A program made the position numbers and the translations under genes. From Octopus sinensis (taxonomy: Eukaryota), in NCBI RefSeq assembly GCF_006345805.1, contig NC_042999.1, positions 106,764,001 through 106,828,000 on the forward strand: a DNA stretch of 64,000 nucleotides, given 5' to 3'. Each line of letters opens with the position of its first letter. The stretch's first letter is position 1. Shown piece by piece: positions 25,231-40,224 of the stretch. The notes beneath the pieces are model-generated. The model was not told where the DNA came from. It saw only the letters and a list, made by a program, of their open reading frames with translations, and did no database searches.

Positions 25231-26155
25231 AGAAACAAACAAACACAATCAGATCAACACTGGTTTCTGGGTTCGATGGAAAAGAATAAAATTGTGGTCA
25301 CATAAACTTTCCCTGATCAACATTAAAATAATGAACTCTGACGGACAGAGAACCATTGCGAAGCAAAAAGTCACTAATATTAATAGCAATATATAATCAA
25401 TTGTCCAAAACCACACATAGAATGGGTGTCTTGTGTCTGTAGTAGAAATCAATGTGTATGATAACCTAGAATGATACAAATATTATTGAATGTATTATTT
25501 CATAGAAAAGATTTTTTTGCTGTTTTCTTTTCTTTTCTCTTCTTTTTTATCTAACCCAAAATATTATGTGTATATCTGAATATTTTGTTTCCGAAAAACC
25601 AGCTTTTATGTAAAATTGAAGAATTTTATCAATAAAATCTTAAATGAAATGGAATCTTGTATCTGCAGCCAAACTAATCCAATTTTCAAAGTAACATAAC
25701 AATAAAGAAATGGAAATACTGATACTTTACAGCATCCCTTGTCAAAACATTAATTCCACCAACACTTACCAATATATAAGCATATAATACAAATAACATT
25801 ATAGACACAGCTCATGTGTTTTCTGAGATACTTTAAACATTATGATCTAGAAAAACAACTCTCAGACAGACTTATTTATAGCATATAATTAATATTAAAT
25901 AAGGATAATTAGATTCTATAAACAACTTTCAAAACACGTTCATTGTTTATTCTTTTAGTTACCTTTATTAACTTTACAAATGTTCACTGAACAACCATAT
26001 TCATTATCTGTAGATGTATGTGTATGTATGTGTGTATGTATGTGTATGTTTGTACGTGTATGTTTATAGAGACAGGCAGATACAAACGCACACACATATA
26101 TACATATATGTATGCATATGTATGTTTAAGTATATAAATATATATATACATATGC

Positions 26156-26203
<48 letters not shown>

Positions 26204-26204
26204 T

Positions 26205-26241
<37 letters not shown>

Positions 26242-26984
26242 TACAAAAGTGTGACTGTAAGAAGTTTGCGTTATGACCACTTGGTTCTAGGTTCAGTCCC
26301 AATTGGTTCTAGGTTCAGCCTTGATAATGGATTTGACAGACAGAAACTGAAAGAAGTCCATTATATATATGGGTTTCGTTCATATCTGGAAACAAATTGT
26401 TGTGAAGTGAGCCATGTGTTGGTTATACCCACTGTCATAGGCCATGGGCTATGGTCTCACTTGGCTTGTCGGGTCCTCTCAAGCACAGCATATCTCCAAA
26501 GATCCCGGTCACTAGCCATTGCTTTGGTAAGGCCCAACGTTCAAAGGTCGTGCTTCACCACCGCATAGGTTGAATGGCTCCAGTCTGATCTGGCAGTGTT
26601 TCTACAGTTGGATGCCCTTCCTAACGCCAACCACTCTGAGAGCATAGTGGGTGCTGTTTTTTACGTGCCAAAGGCACAGGGACCAATCTCCTGCCTAGTA
26701 CTCATTTCAGATCCCCAGTTTATCTTTTCACTTTTCATTCTTTTCTTTCCTTCTAACTTCCTTCCCTCTACCCCATCTCTCTATCCTTCTCCTGAGCCTT
26801 CTCATTGTACCTTTGGAACACAAGCACCACTATTTTCTTCTTTTTTTTTTGTTAGTTTTTGCCATGTAATACCCCACACTTTGAAATACTTGCAATTTGT
26901 ATTTTTACTGCTTATGTTAGCTCTGCTTGATACATTTCCAAAATTAAACATTTTAATATGCAAAATATACTTCACATTATTACA

Positions 26985-27503
26985 TATACTATGCATTAAT
27001 GCAAAAAATATTGTGTTTGTTGGCTATCTTCAAAATGATCACACCATCAATGGATAATTTCAATGCCAACTTCCTAAGGCAGTTATGAAAGGCTATCAAG
27101 AACAAACACCCAGAAAAACTGATGAATGGAGTTTTGTTTCATTAGGACAATGCTTCAGCACACAAGTCCTTGGTTTCAATGGTTGCTGTGTGTGACTGGC
27201 TTTGAACCGGTTCATCACCCTCCTGATGTTAGTGATTTGGTTCCTTCTGGTTATCATCTGTTTCCGAATGTAGAAAAGCACTCAGCTGAGCACCAGTATC
27301 ACTATGATGAGAACATCTTATCTGTTGTTGATGACCATTTGATCAACAGAAAAGCTTCTTCACCAGCTCGATCCAAGCACTGCAACTACTTATGGAAGTG
27401 TGTGAACAGTAAGAGGAATTATGTTAGAAAATGAACTTCATTTGGTCACATTCCATTGAGAGTGTCTTGCTCAGATTATGAACATTTTAGCCGAAACTCA
27501 TAT
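26985..27503 (+). pseudogene. Mariner transposase C-terminal relic
   Basis: VLFH-DNASAH, HHPP..DLVPSGYHLFPN, with stops and frameshifts. Confidence 0.75.
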
Positions 27504-27642
27504 TGATTAAAATTATTATTATACTTGCATTTGTTTTAATGTTAACATTGGAAAAATCCATATTTTTCATAAAAAAATTAGGACCTGGGTTAGCACCTCC
27601 TTAGCAAATTTTGTTGCTGGGCCACTGAATATATATATATAA

Positions 27643-27705
<63 letters not shown>

Positions 27706-27950
27706 CATCATTCATCATCATTTTCATTTAGCGTCCGCTTTCCATGCTAGCATGGGTTGGACGGTTCAACTGGGGTCTGTAAAGCCAGAAGGCTGCATCA
27801 GGCCCAGTCTGATCTGGCAGTGTTTCTACGGCTGGATGCCCTTCCTAACGCCAACCACTCCGTGAGTGTAATGGGTGCTTTTTACATGCAAGATGGAGCT
27901 GGCAACGGCCACATTCAGATGGTGCTTTTTACGTGCCACCGGCACGGGGG
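27706..27950 (-). mobile_element. RTE LINE 3'UTR fragment next to (TA)n
   Basis: Same sequence as 49790-49990, with a (CAT)n tail. Confidence 0.85.
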
Positions 27951-28165
27951 TGAATCCTAAAGGATTAAATATCAATGTATTCTGAAAAGGTGAAATAATA
28001 AATAACCAATATAAAATAGAGAAGATTCTTAAAAAAACAAAGATTCAACAGAGGAATTTTTTTGTATTTCTATATTGATAAACTGTGCATATAAACAACT
28101 GGATTCCACTTTTTAATTTTTTTATTAAAATTATATTTTACAAACCTTGTGAGAAGTTTTCAGAT

Positions 28166-28197
<32 letters not shown>

Positions 28198-28413
28198 TAT
28201 TAACTTTACAAATGTTCACTGAACAACCATATTCATTATTTGTAGATGTATGTGTATATGTGTATGTTTATAGAGACAGACAGACACAAACACACACACA
28301 TATACATGTATGTATACATATATATGTATATATATATACACATATATATACATATATATATATATACATCTTTTACCTTATACTTACTTCAGTCATTAGA
28401 CAGTAGCCATGCT

Positions 28414-28562
28414 GGGATACTTTCCAGGAACTCCTCGGAATTTTCCAGGAAGTCTCACCCTTGGAACTTTCCAGGAAGTTCTTGGAGTTTTCCGGGAAGT
28501 CTCATCCTTGGAATTTTCCACGAAGTCTCATACTCGGAAGTTTCCAGGAAGTCTCATCCTCG
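28414..28562. repeat. Minisatellite, ~21-26-bp units (GGAATTTTCCAGGAAGTCTCATCCTT)
   Basis: About six imperfect copies seen directly. Confidence 0.85.
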
Positions 28563-29974
28563 TTCATCCAAGTTCAATGTTCATTACTTTGTTTACAATT
28601 GTTTCACTGATTTCCATTACAGGATGAGAGGAGGATGCAGTGTGAAGGAGGTAAGAGAAGGCAGATGGAGAACAGGAAATGAGGGTAAGAGGAACAGGTT
28701 TAGCAACAAGAGATGGGGAGCAGGAGGAGAAGAAGGGAATATGGAAGGATGGGGAGGAAGAGCAGGAGCAAGAGGAGCAAGAGGAGCAAGAGCAGGAGAA
28801 GCAGGAGCAAGAGCAGGAACAGGAGGAGGGGAGGAGAAGCTAAAGGATATATCTGAACTGCATACCAAATACTTAAGAAAATTAAAATACTTGACACATT
28901 ATACCTTAAAAATAGAAAGTCATCAGGATTTTCTCTCAGAAATCACTTCCATCAAGAATCTACCATATCTACACCAACAAAATTTATTGAATTTATCTCT
29001 CTTGTAATACAGCCTGAGGTATTATTTCTATTTTTCTTCATCTATATTTTATCATATGCAAATATCTCCATAGACCATCTCTCCTATGATTATTATATAT
29101 TACCATTACATTATTTTTCTCAATTCTCACACAGCTATCTTCATTCCTCTTATTAATATTCTTTACAAATACAGTCTGCTGATTAATTCCTAGACATTTT
29201 CTGAACCAATTAAAATTCATTCTCACTCTCAGATTAATCCCTAGATCATACTTATTTCTTACAACGTTGCAATTACTTTCCTTTCAACTCACTTTATACT
29301 GCTGATACTGTTTATGAAGTTCTCTGTCTACCTATTAGTTTAGCATGATACATCCTTTCATTACAGTTGAATTTATATGTGAATAGAAGAGTGTGTGTGT
29401 GAGTTTATATCTGCATATAACAGTTTCAAATGCAAAGACCAGTAAACAGGAAATACTGAACATAAAAGATTTCAAATTACAAATACGAGTTAATTTAATG
29501 TTTCAGAAGTTGAAATAAATTTTATGTTTGGATTATGATGAAACCAAAGTTTACATACAAATTAAATTTTATCTGTGATCATTACATCTGTGTGGCTAAG
29601 CCAACAAAGGAAACTCTACTAGTAATGTGACTAGTTTGAAAAACAATCAATTTTCATAAGCAAATGAGAGAAATGTCTATTTGGTCATTCAACAAACAAG
29701 AAGTAGTAGCTAAATCTCACTCAAATCTCCTTCAAGCACTTAAGAAAGAACACATCAGATAATGTTGTTCTAGATACTCTATTTGAATAAGACAAGGTTT
29801 TCAGGGCTTGGCTGTCTGACTAAAGGTTTGGTCTGTCAAAGCTAACTTGGTATTAAATAACAACAACCAAATCTCATGTAAATCCTCATGTACAACCTTT
29901 AAAAAGTTATGAAGTTAATATCTGATGCATTTCTCTTTGAAATAAGAATGAGATGATAGATGCAAGATACATTC

Positions 29975-30690
29975 CTGAAGTCTTCAAATTTTTGTAGGAG
30001 AAACATTTATTAAATTAAAGGAAGTACAAAATTCTAATCTCCTTCAAAGTAGAATCCTTTGACTTCAATGCACTTGTTTTAGCACCCCAGCCACTTCGTG
30101 AAGGCTCCATGGAAGCCCTCCAAAGTAGATGTGTCTCGGGCCCTTGTCACAGCCTCCCTCATCTTCTCAATGTCTTTAAAACAACTGCCCTTGAGGTCCT
30201 GCTCCAGCTTCAGAAACAACCAGAAATCACAGAGAGTAAGGGATAGTTTTGATGCTAGTTTCTGTCAAGTAGCTGATTGCCAGGATGGAATTATAGACTG
30301 GTGCATAAAATCTCTTCCTGAGCTCCCTCAGAACCTCCAGAAAGTTCTCTTAATCGACTATCTGACCAATGGGAACCAGTGGATGTAGCCAATATACTTG
30401 CTGTTGTAAAAGTGGATCATTATAAACTTCCTGGTTGGCTTGCTTTGCCTGGCCTCTTGTACCAGCAAGAAGGCAGATGCTTAAATCCATAAGCAGGCTG
30501 GAGCAGTTCATAAGTTTCTGTAGCATTTTTACCCAGTTTAACACAAAATTTTATAGAATAGCAAGCTTCCAAAGTGCCTTCACATCTCAACTGCATTTTG
30601 CAAAGTAGTCAGCTGTGACAACCAGTGTTTTATAGGATATGTTAAAAGTGCTGTTACAGCTGTTTCTTCAATCTGAAATAACAAAAGTTG
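29975..30690 (-). pseudogene. Mariner transposon relic
   Basis: The reverse strand gives CDFWLFLKLEQDLKGSCFKDIEKMREAVTRA..FHGAFTKW..KCIEVKG..FEGD. Confidence 0.75.
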
Positions 30691-31729
30691 GCAGGTCAGC
30701 TTATTAGATGTATAGTAATGATATACTAAAATTACAATGATCTAGGACTGATATAACAGCATCTCCTAAATGCATCTCAAAACTTCTGGAATGCACCTCC
30801 ATAGGTCTCCTGGATCAAAGCTGACCAGGAATTAAATGAGAACATGTTTGTTGTGGGTATGCTATTCACAGTTTTAGGTCTGATCACGAAATATATATAT
30901 TTCAAAGACGTATGAGGATTTTTTTTTTTGAGATGATTTATTCACCATTTCACAAGTAAAATGATACATAGACGTTTTCTCACTAGCAAACAGCAATAAA
31001 CTTTCATGGTGTATTTTTTCCTAAAATAGAATTTACAAATCAAACAAAAATATACAAATTACATCTTAAATTACTGGCGTGTTAACGGTGTTTGGCAGTA
31101 CATTATAGTAACAAAATTATATCTTTGTAGAAATATATTTCATGTTAACCAACATTTTACAGTTAACTTTGATTTTACACTGTTGTTTCTGTTGCTTATG
31201 GTGGTGATGTTGTTATTATTGTTATTTAATGTCAAGTGAGCTCCAATCCAACAGACCTATAACCAAAGAAATTCCAGTCATGACCACCTCATAATTTTAT
31301 ACATCAGGATTTATAATATTCTCCATTATTATCATTGTCATATTTTGCCTCTGATTTTTCCATGCTGTCATGGGTTGAACATGACTTATTGAGGGTGTAT
31401 TCTTGTTAAGAGCTAAATAAGCTCTAACTCAATATAACTATGACCAAATAATTCCAACCATGACTACCTCATAATTTGCCCAATTTATTCGCCATTATTA
31501 TCATCATGTTTTGCATGTTTCTTCTGTTCTGTCATGTGTTAAACATGAATCATTGAGGTAGTATTCTTATGGTTAGATAGACCTCTAGACTTAATTGTTC
31601 TTCAGGTAAGGTATTTCAATTTCACTGGTCTTTACATATTGAAGCTGAGATATAACCAAGCATCAAAGTTGCTTATACTGCATTACTGCAAAGATACATG
31701 GAAGCAAACTATTGCAAGCATCATGAGCA

Positions 31730-32470
31730 TCATCATCATTATTTAACGTCCATTTTCCATGCTGGCATGGGTTGGACAGTTTGATCAGGGCTTGCAGGCT
31801 GGAAGGCTGCACCAGACTCCAGTCTGATTTGGCATAGTTTCTATGGTTGAATACCCTTCCTAATGCCAACAACTCCAAGAATGTAATGGGTACTTTTAAG
31901 TGCCACCAGCATGGGTACCATTTGTTTGAATCAAGTATCTGCCATGACTGTGATTTTACTTGGCTTGATGTGTCTCTGTCTCAAGCACGACATAATGCCA
32001 AATGTCTTGGTCATTGACTCTGTGAGGCCCAACACTCAAAAGGAACTTTACATATGCTACTGGCATCAGCCACTTTGCCTCTATGAGGCCCAATCCTTGA
32101 AAGAGTCTTTTTACATTCCACCGGCATGGGTGCCAGTTATGTGACACCAACATCAGCCACAACTACAATTTCACTTGACTTGACAGGTGTCAAGCATAGC
32201 ATATTGCCAATGGCCTTGGTCACTATTCATTGCTTCTATGAGGCCCAAAGTTTGAAAATTATGCTTCACCACCTCCTCCCATGTCTTCCTGGGTCTACCT
32301 CTACCAAAGGTTCCCTCCACAGTTAGAGATTGGCACTTCTTTATATAGCTGTTCTCATCCGTATGCATCACATGACCATACCAGTGCAGTTGTCTCTCTT
32401 GCATACCACATCTTATGATTCTTATACCCAACTTTTCTCTCAAGATACTTACACTCTGTTGAACATGCAC
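31730..32470 (-). mobile_element. Older RTE LINE 3' end with internal duplications of the C-terminal segment
   Basis: ORF 32171..32470 reads LHWYGHV..GRGRPRKTW; (CAT)n tail at ~31730. Confidence 0.8.
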
Positions 32471-34699
32471 ACTGTTACATATATATTTATATTAGGCTTC
32501 TGTGTAGCATCTATTTACCAAATTCCACTCAAAAAATATTGGTTAACACAAAACTATAGAAAAAGGCTCTTGAGCAAGTTGTCATTCAGTGGGATGGAAC
32601 CATATGGTGGTGAAGTGAATTCACAACCATAAAGCTATACTTACACCTCTTTTTTATTTAGGCTATGACTTCAGGTAAAACAAGTGGTTATGTCTTGCAG
32701 TTTGAAGAGCTTCCTTGAATTATATGGAGTCAGTATTGAAAGTGGACTTTATATGAGGTTGTTTAATCTGTACAGCTGGTAACTGACCAAATTATGTATT
32801 TATTATAAAGAACAAAAGGTACCTAAGCTTGTTGACTATCCCCGTTAGAGTAAGCATTCATTAATAATTTTAAAGATATTCTATGTCAAAGGGTTTTTAG
32901 CAGAATGCACCAAGTATTTTCTGTTATTTTAGTTCCCCATTTTTACTTTTATCTTTTAGTCTGATTCATTTAATGAGCTAAATTGTAGAACTGAGTGACT
33001 CCATCTCCTTTAGAGCTTTAGCAAACTTCTTAAAAGTTATGAAAACTCTCCTATTGGTTGTCAGTTTCCATGGGTTGAATAGCTGTACAATTTTTGGTTT
33101 TATATTTATTTATCTTACCACCTACAACATCAAGGACAACAATTTTATAGTTTAATAATGCGATTCAACTTATCATAAACCTTTATAAACCAAGAAAAAA
33201 ATGTAGATGGCTTTATTAAAGGACTTTCTATCTTGCTTAAAATATTTCAACCTATTAATATCAGAGGTAGAGAAGCACTCAACTTCTAAGTTTATCTTCC
33301 AATTAATCTTTATAAAAACACTATTTTCTTTTTCTTGTGTTTACTTCTTTTTTAACTCTAAAATACTTTTTCAGTAAGTTATATCTAGTTCTAGTTCATC
33401 TAGTTTTTATCCAAGTCTAACTTAGCCATAAATTCCAGAATAAAGCATCTCTTGCATAATTTTATTTCTAAGCATTTAAAATATTTGCCTTTTTTCTCTT
33501 TTCTTTTTAATGCTGGAGGATCAATATGCTTAGTATGAATCATCTGTAAAGTCAGAAATTTTATGAAAGAGATGGAATATTATTAGTTTCGCAACTCAGA
33601 ATTTTCACTTCAACCAATAATATCATGCTTTAATTTATTTTATTCAACTGGTATATATGACTAGTTATACTGAAGAAAGCCACAAAAGTCCATAATAAAA
33701 TTCTTCATAAAAGCATTCTGTTTAGACATTCAAAATTTAGTTGTATTTCTTCTGATTTTAATCATTCAGATATTAGACTTGAAACAGCAACTGTTGTTGT
33801 TGTTATTGCTGTGGTTAAGTAGCTGAGGTCACGTTTGTTGAAACAGAGTTATAACATGATAGTAGACTAAATAGAAATTTGGTCAAATATATCTGTCTGT
33901 TATGGCCTCTACATTGTGAACTTTTCTGTCTGGATATGTGTAATGATTTGCAGTGGCAACAAAAAGAACTCAATCAATATTAAATAGTGTCTTTGCATAT
34001 ATATTTGATCTTTAATATTTAAATATTTTGATATTGATATTGAGAAAATCAAAAAGCATTGAATGGCTATTGTATGGAGGTGCTAAAAAGCCAACAATGT
34101 TTATGTATTTAACTGCAGCACTACCCCGTGTATGGGAACAGCAATTTAATGTGAGTTTCACTTGAATGTTGTTAATGTTCAGTATGAAATATTTTCTGAC
34201 ATGAATGGACGTCTAAGTTTTCGGTGTTCTCCAATAGTGAATAGCAATTAACATACTCTTTGAAAACATGTTAAGAATAGACATGTACATCATCATTTTT
34301 ATTCTTACTGTTTTACATGCTTGTGATAATTTATTATTTACTTGGAAGACAACAGGTTGAATCAGCAAATAATTTGTTGGCTGAATTCTTTAAACAAGAA
34401 TGGACATTCTTGTTTAATTCAGTTATCTGGAGGTAGCTTTGACTGATGTAGCAGAATTAGATCAAAACACTGGTGTCTCAAAGTTTCCCTCATTATTAAA
34501 TCCAGTAGGATGTCTGCATACATTGTCTGGAAAGAAAAGATATTTTCCAAAAGTAAACTATATGCACTCACATGTGTCAATGTGTGTGTGTGTATGTATA
34601 TATATATATACAAACACGCACGCACACACACATATCTAGCTATCTATCTATGTGTGTGTGTGTCTGTGTGTGTGTGTTTGTGTGTGTGACACAGCATCC

Positions 34700-37440
34700 C
34701 ACAACAATAAGGAGCAACTACATAATAGCTACTGTCCCAACATCTGCAATCATTTTTAGACCCAATATGCAAACACAGAGATACAAGATAGCACCAAAAC
34801 TCAGGGGGAACCTAAAGTGATAAAAATTATTAATCTAACTCACAAAGAACTAACAGCAAACCAAATCAATATACTCTCCAAAAGACTCAAATTTACACCC
34901 ACCCCAAAATGTCCCAACTACAACGAAATGAAAGAAGACATCGTGGAATTCTGTAGAAAATTACAACTCACTGAGGAGTTATATGACAAATACATTGAGG
35001 ATGAATCATTGGTCTGAAATAGAAGTAACTACACCCTCTCGAAAGGTAAGAACAAAACCCTTGATCATTTCTGTGAACACATCTCAAATTACCCATTACA
35101 ACATATGCACAAACAAAAACACAAACCAAACTTCAGCAAAAAAATGGTGCTGAGCTAAACAAATTAAAAATAACAAAATAATAACAATCAAAGAGGCTGA
35201 TAAAAGGAATGCAGTTGTCTTAATGGACACGGCATACTATATAACTCTAGTACTATCCATATTGGAAGACACAACATATTATGGAAAAGCCCAACACTAC
35301 AGTCAGCAGAAAATAATGAGATACCTAAAATCCATATTAAACCTATACAGAGAAGGGCTCACTGGCAAAGAATATGACTATATGACCAATTTCAAAAGTA
35401 AAACCAGTCAATTATACGGTATTCCCAAGATACACAAAAGTGAAAAAATAAGTAAAGCATGCAGGATAGCCACAGACATAATAATCAGGTCTCAGATTGA
35501 GACCTATAATAGCAGGTCCCACATGCGAAACTCACTGTCTCAGTAACATTTTAGATACCCTCTTAAAACTATTCCTCAAGCATGTCAAAAGCTACATGAG
35601 GGACGACCTGGATATGTTCAATCCCCTTCCTGAAACAAGAAACAAAAACACCCTACTAGTATCAATCTCTATTCCAATATCTTTCACAACCTAGGAATAG
35701 AGGCAATTCAATTCTGGCTAGAAACTTACACCGAGCTCACACATCACATCAAAAAAGAATTTGTGATAGAAGGGCTAAAATTTATCTTGGACAATAACTA
35801 CTTCAAAGACAACTTCTATCGACAAAAATCAGGGACTGCGATGGGTACAAGAATGGCCTCCTCCTTTGCTATCCTAGTCATGGAATATCTAGAAATTAGT
35901 CTTTATTGTAAGGTTCCAGAAAAATACGGCAGCCCATTCTCCCTCCACATAGAAAATAACTGGAATAGATACCTGGATGACTGTTTCATTCTTTGGCAGG
36001 AAATTATAGAGAGACTTAAAGAATTCCAAGTACTTATAAATGGACTTGACGTAAACATTCAATTCATGATAGAATATAGCCATCAAAAACTTCCCTTCCT
36101 CGACAACCTCATTAAGAAATCTAACAACATAATAGAAGCAGATATATACTATAAACCCACGAACTCCAAGCAATATCTACCATTCAACACATGCCAGCCC
36201 AGACACACCAGAATGAATATCCCCCTTCAACCTAGCAAAAAGGATATGTACTATAGTTTCTAATGCAATCACCAGGGACACACACAACTACATTAACTAA
36301 AGAATACACTCATCACCAGGAACTACCCACCTTCACTAATTGACATATGCTTTCAACATGCCCTATTACTCAGCATCCACGAACTCAGACATCCCAAATT
36401 AAAGAAGGATTTACAACCAAAAGCCCTACCTTACATCTCCACACACAATGCTCTTAACAATGAAGCCTTCAAAACCATCCTTCAAAATATTTCCCTGCTA
36501 AAAAAGGACTACAGAATTAACTTAATCCTCCAAATACACACCATCATAAAAAGCAAGAGTCAGCCCAAATCTATGAAAAGTTTCCTAACACAAGCCCGAA
36601 TACGCTCAACAACAACACTGAAGTCATCGGTAAATAAATGCGGAAGACCTAACTGTGGGACATGTGTCAATTTGATTGAGAGATCAGAGTTCTCCTTCAA
36701 ACAGGGACAACGTTTCACTTTGAAAAGAAGCTTCAAATGTGCTTCGGAGAACCTGATATACGCACTAACCTGCTCTGGGTGTCAAGAGCAATATATAGGC
36801 CAAACAAACACAGTCTACATCAAAGGATGGCTCGGCACAGATCCCAGATCAAAATTCCCCAAAACAGAAAAAGAGCATTCAGCCAACACATTGACATTTG
36901 CACCAATAACAAAAATACAAACCACTTTTGAACACATCTACGACAAACGACATATCCACCACGGCCTTAGAATAACACACACAAATATTAAAAATGATAC
37001 ATTCAAGAGACACCCAAGAATTCATTAAAAACAGTCCCAATCACTACTATAATCCACAACGAGTCACTTTTAAGTCACTTGACCAATTAACATCCTACTA
37101 CTATCATAACATCCTGCATTCCCTTATTCTCTCTTCTGCATTCCCTTATTATTCTCTTTCTCTTTCTTCTTCTTCTCCAACACCTCCTTCCTTACTTTAC
37201 TACAACTGCTATTTAGAATTACACCTATACAAATATTATAAACAATACATTCAAAAGAGATGTCTCAAGAATTCAATCACTACTACCATCCACAACAAGT
37301 CACTTTCAGAGAACTTGACTATTTAACATCCTGCTACGATCATAGCACTCCCGCATTATTCTTCTCCTTCTTCTTCTTCTTCATCTTCTCCTCTGCCAAG
37401 AATTCAGAATGACCTCGAACCCACAAGAGTAAACAAGAGA
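34700..37440 (+). mobile_element. Penelope-like element (RT + GIY-YIG endonuclease), frameshifted
   Basis: KFTPTPK; LYGIPKIHK; RPIIAG; GTAMGT; RYLDDCF; LPFLD; YYKPTNSKQYLPF; NLIYALTCSGCQEQYIGQT. Confidence 0.9.
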
Positions 37441-39136
37441 GACAGAGACACGCAGAAACAAGGAAAGTGCACCTTGTATTTGAATACTATGCAAATATTC
37501 TTTTAAAAAACTTTTCATTTAATTTTTCCAAAATTTAATTGTTTTCCATGCTTACAGTTGAAGAAATTTCACTGACTGAAATGTTTTTTATAAAATTATT
37601 TTAGCATTTTCTACCTTGACTTTTTTTCCATCACTTGTTCAACCTTACACTTGTCTCTGCAATTACTCATTACATTCTGTTATAACCGTTTCTCTGCTGT
37701 TATTAACTCTCTTTATCACCTCAAGCACCAACTCTTTCATTTCCCACTTTTGCATCTAATCAGTTTTCTACCTCATCCATCCTCTACCATCACTCTCAGC
37801 CCTACTCATTTTATTGGTTATGCTACCTAATAAGAAGACAATTAACACAATGATGAGAACTCCCTTTCATCTTTCCAGATAAAACACACTGAATACATAC
37901 TGTAACGTGATTAGTAAATGAAAAGAGAAGAAGCAAAATTGAGATGTGCATTTAGTTTGGTTTTGACAAGTTTTCTGGTGTTGGTTCCATGATAAACTAC
38001 ATTCAATCCATTCTGTAATACAGCTGGTGTTAGAAAAGATATTTAGGAATAGAAACTATGCTAATATAAAATGTATCAGTGAGATATGGTCTCAAGTCTT
38101 GGAGCAATACTAACCACAGCACCATGGAATGTGGTTGTAAAATTTTGATGGTAATGATGATGATGATGATGAGGAGGAGGAGGAGGAGGTGGAGGAGGAT
38201 ATTCAAACATATCTATAATTTATATATACACTCATATGCACATACACACACACACGCATAACACCCAGGTCGTAATGCCAGTACAGGATATTAGCAATAA
38301 TACAGGGAGTGTATATTATATGTAATTAAGTAGTGGGAATAAAAATCGTCTCGACCAGTAAATTTGTAGCAACTCCATAAATATCAGGCTAACAGGGTAC
38401 TCCAAATCAATGCATAACAATTCTCAATCAATCAAGGGATTAACATAGCAGTCTTTGCAAAGTTAAACATTATATAATGACCCCAGGTATCCTATAAATC
38501 CATTTATGAATCAAAGTGTTAATTGCAACATATTACAGTGCATCATGTAGCAAAGAAACAAGAATGGACTGCTCAAAACAATACTACACCCATTTCAATA
38601 GCGTGGTCATATATTCAACAATTGTACACTATTACATAACTTTTCATTATTAATTAACCAAACCATTTCGTCAAATAATATCTGCCTTTTTGTTAGTGAA
38701 ATTAGATGAAGGTATGAGAGTAATCAAATTCATAAATATATGTATATAGAAGGCAAAATTCATTTTAGAAACATTTTAAAGGAAAGGTGGATAATTCCAT
38801 TCTTGAAAGTTAGGTTAAGTTATTGTAATCTATAAAATTAAGAATATTTTAATGTTGGGTGTATAATGTGCTAAAACTGGGTAGTAAATGTTGTCTAGAG
38901 CATAACCATAAACTGTAATTAGTAGAGTTAGTCAAATGGAGCAGGGAGGCTAAATATGTTAAACTGAGTGATTAATCCAGTGAGGAGAAGACACTGCTAA
39001 TTCAATAACAGAGACATGTTGAGATGCATACATATTGTAAAACATCTGACTCTCATTTAAGAAGGTCAGCTCAGTTCTTCAATCTAATAAGGTGGTGTGT
39101 TCTTTCAGTTATACAGACCCTATGTATTTTTGACAC

Positions 39137-39310
39137 TATGAGGGTGGGCTGAAAGGTTCCTGGTTTTGGGTAAAAGAAAATACAGGAGGATCAGTTAATT
39201 ATGATTTTATTCCCCTCTCAGCTTCACACATTTATTGCAGTGGCCCTTTAGTCTTTTTATAGCCCTGTAAAAGAACTCTGACAGTTGGACCTTTACACAG
39301 CTTGAGCCTT
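39137..39310 (+). mobile_element. Mariner 5' end fragment
   Basis: TATGAGGGTGGGCTGAAAGGTTCC TIR-like start. Confidence 0.5.
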
Positions 39311-39311
39311 T

Positions 39312-39393
<82 letters not shown>

Positions 39394-39485
39394 ATGTAAA
39401 GGCTCAAGCTTTAAGGGCTGGAGGCCCAACTGTCAGAGTTCTTTTACAGGGCTATAAAAAGACTATATATATATATATATATATA

Positions 39486-40075
39486 ACCTGTGGCCTATGC
39501 CAGTGGTGTAACTAGCCCGCTTATGGACACTGAACTCTGCTTGCAAAGACCTGTTGAGGCAAGTGAAATTGAAATCAAATTCGGTGACAGCACAGCATGA
39601 CTGGCATCCATGCTAGTGGAGCGTTAAGAGCACCATCCAAGAGTGATCATTGCCAGAGCCACTGACTGGCCTCCGTGTTGGTGGCACATAAAAAGCACCA
39701 TTTGAGCATGATCCTTACCAGCGTTGCCTTACTGGCACTTGTGCCAGTGGTACATGAAAAACAACATTCGAGCAAGGTTGTTGCCAGTGCCACTGGACTG
39801 GCTCCTGTGCAGGTGACATGTAAAAAACACCATTTGAGTGTTGTCATTGCCAGTACCGCCTGACTGGCCTTCATGCCGGTGGCATATAAAAGCACCTACT
39901 ACACTCTCGGAATGGTTGGCCTTAGGAAGGGCATCCAGCTGTAGAAACTCTGCCAGGTCAGATTGGAGCCTGGTGCAGCCATTTGGCTTACCAGTCCCCA
40001 GTCAAACCATCCAACCCATGCCGGCATGGAAAGCAGACGTTAAATGATAATGATGATGATGATGATGATGATGAT
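39486..40075 (+). mobile_element. RTE LINE 3'UTR copy flanked by (TA)n
   Basis: Ends GCAGACGTTAAATGATAA(TGA)n, with internal GCCAGTGCCAC/GTGGCAC repeats as in the other copies. Confidence 0.8.
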
Positions 40076-40224
40076 ATATATATATAAGCACAATTAAAGG
40101 TTACAAACCTCACTCAGGGATAGAAAACCCTATGAAAATACTGATTAATTACCTATACAAAAAAAACTGAACATTATATTTAATACTTAACTGCAAGGTA
40201 ACTATATAAACTGTGGTTTATATA

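Noticed and set aside
37555-37590. TTGAAGA..GAAATGTT downstream of the Penelope element as a hammerhead
   Set aside because: U3.G8 and no convincing helix I or II; at best a decayed relic.
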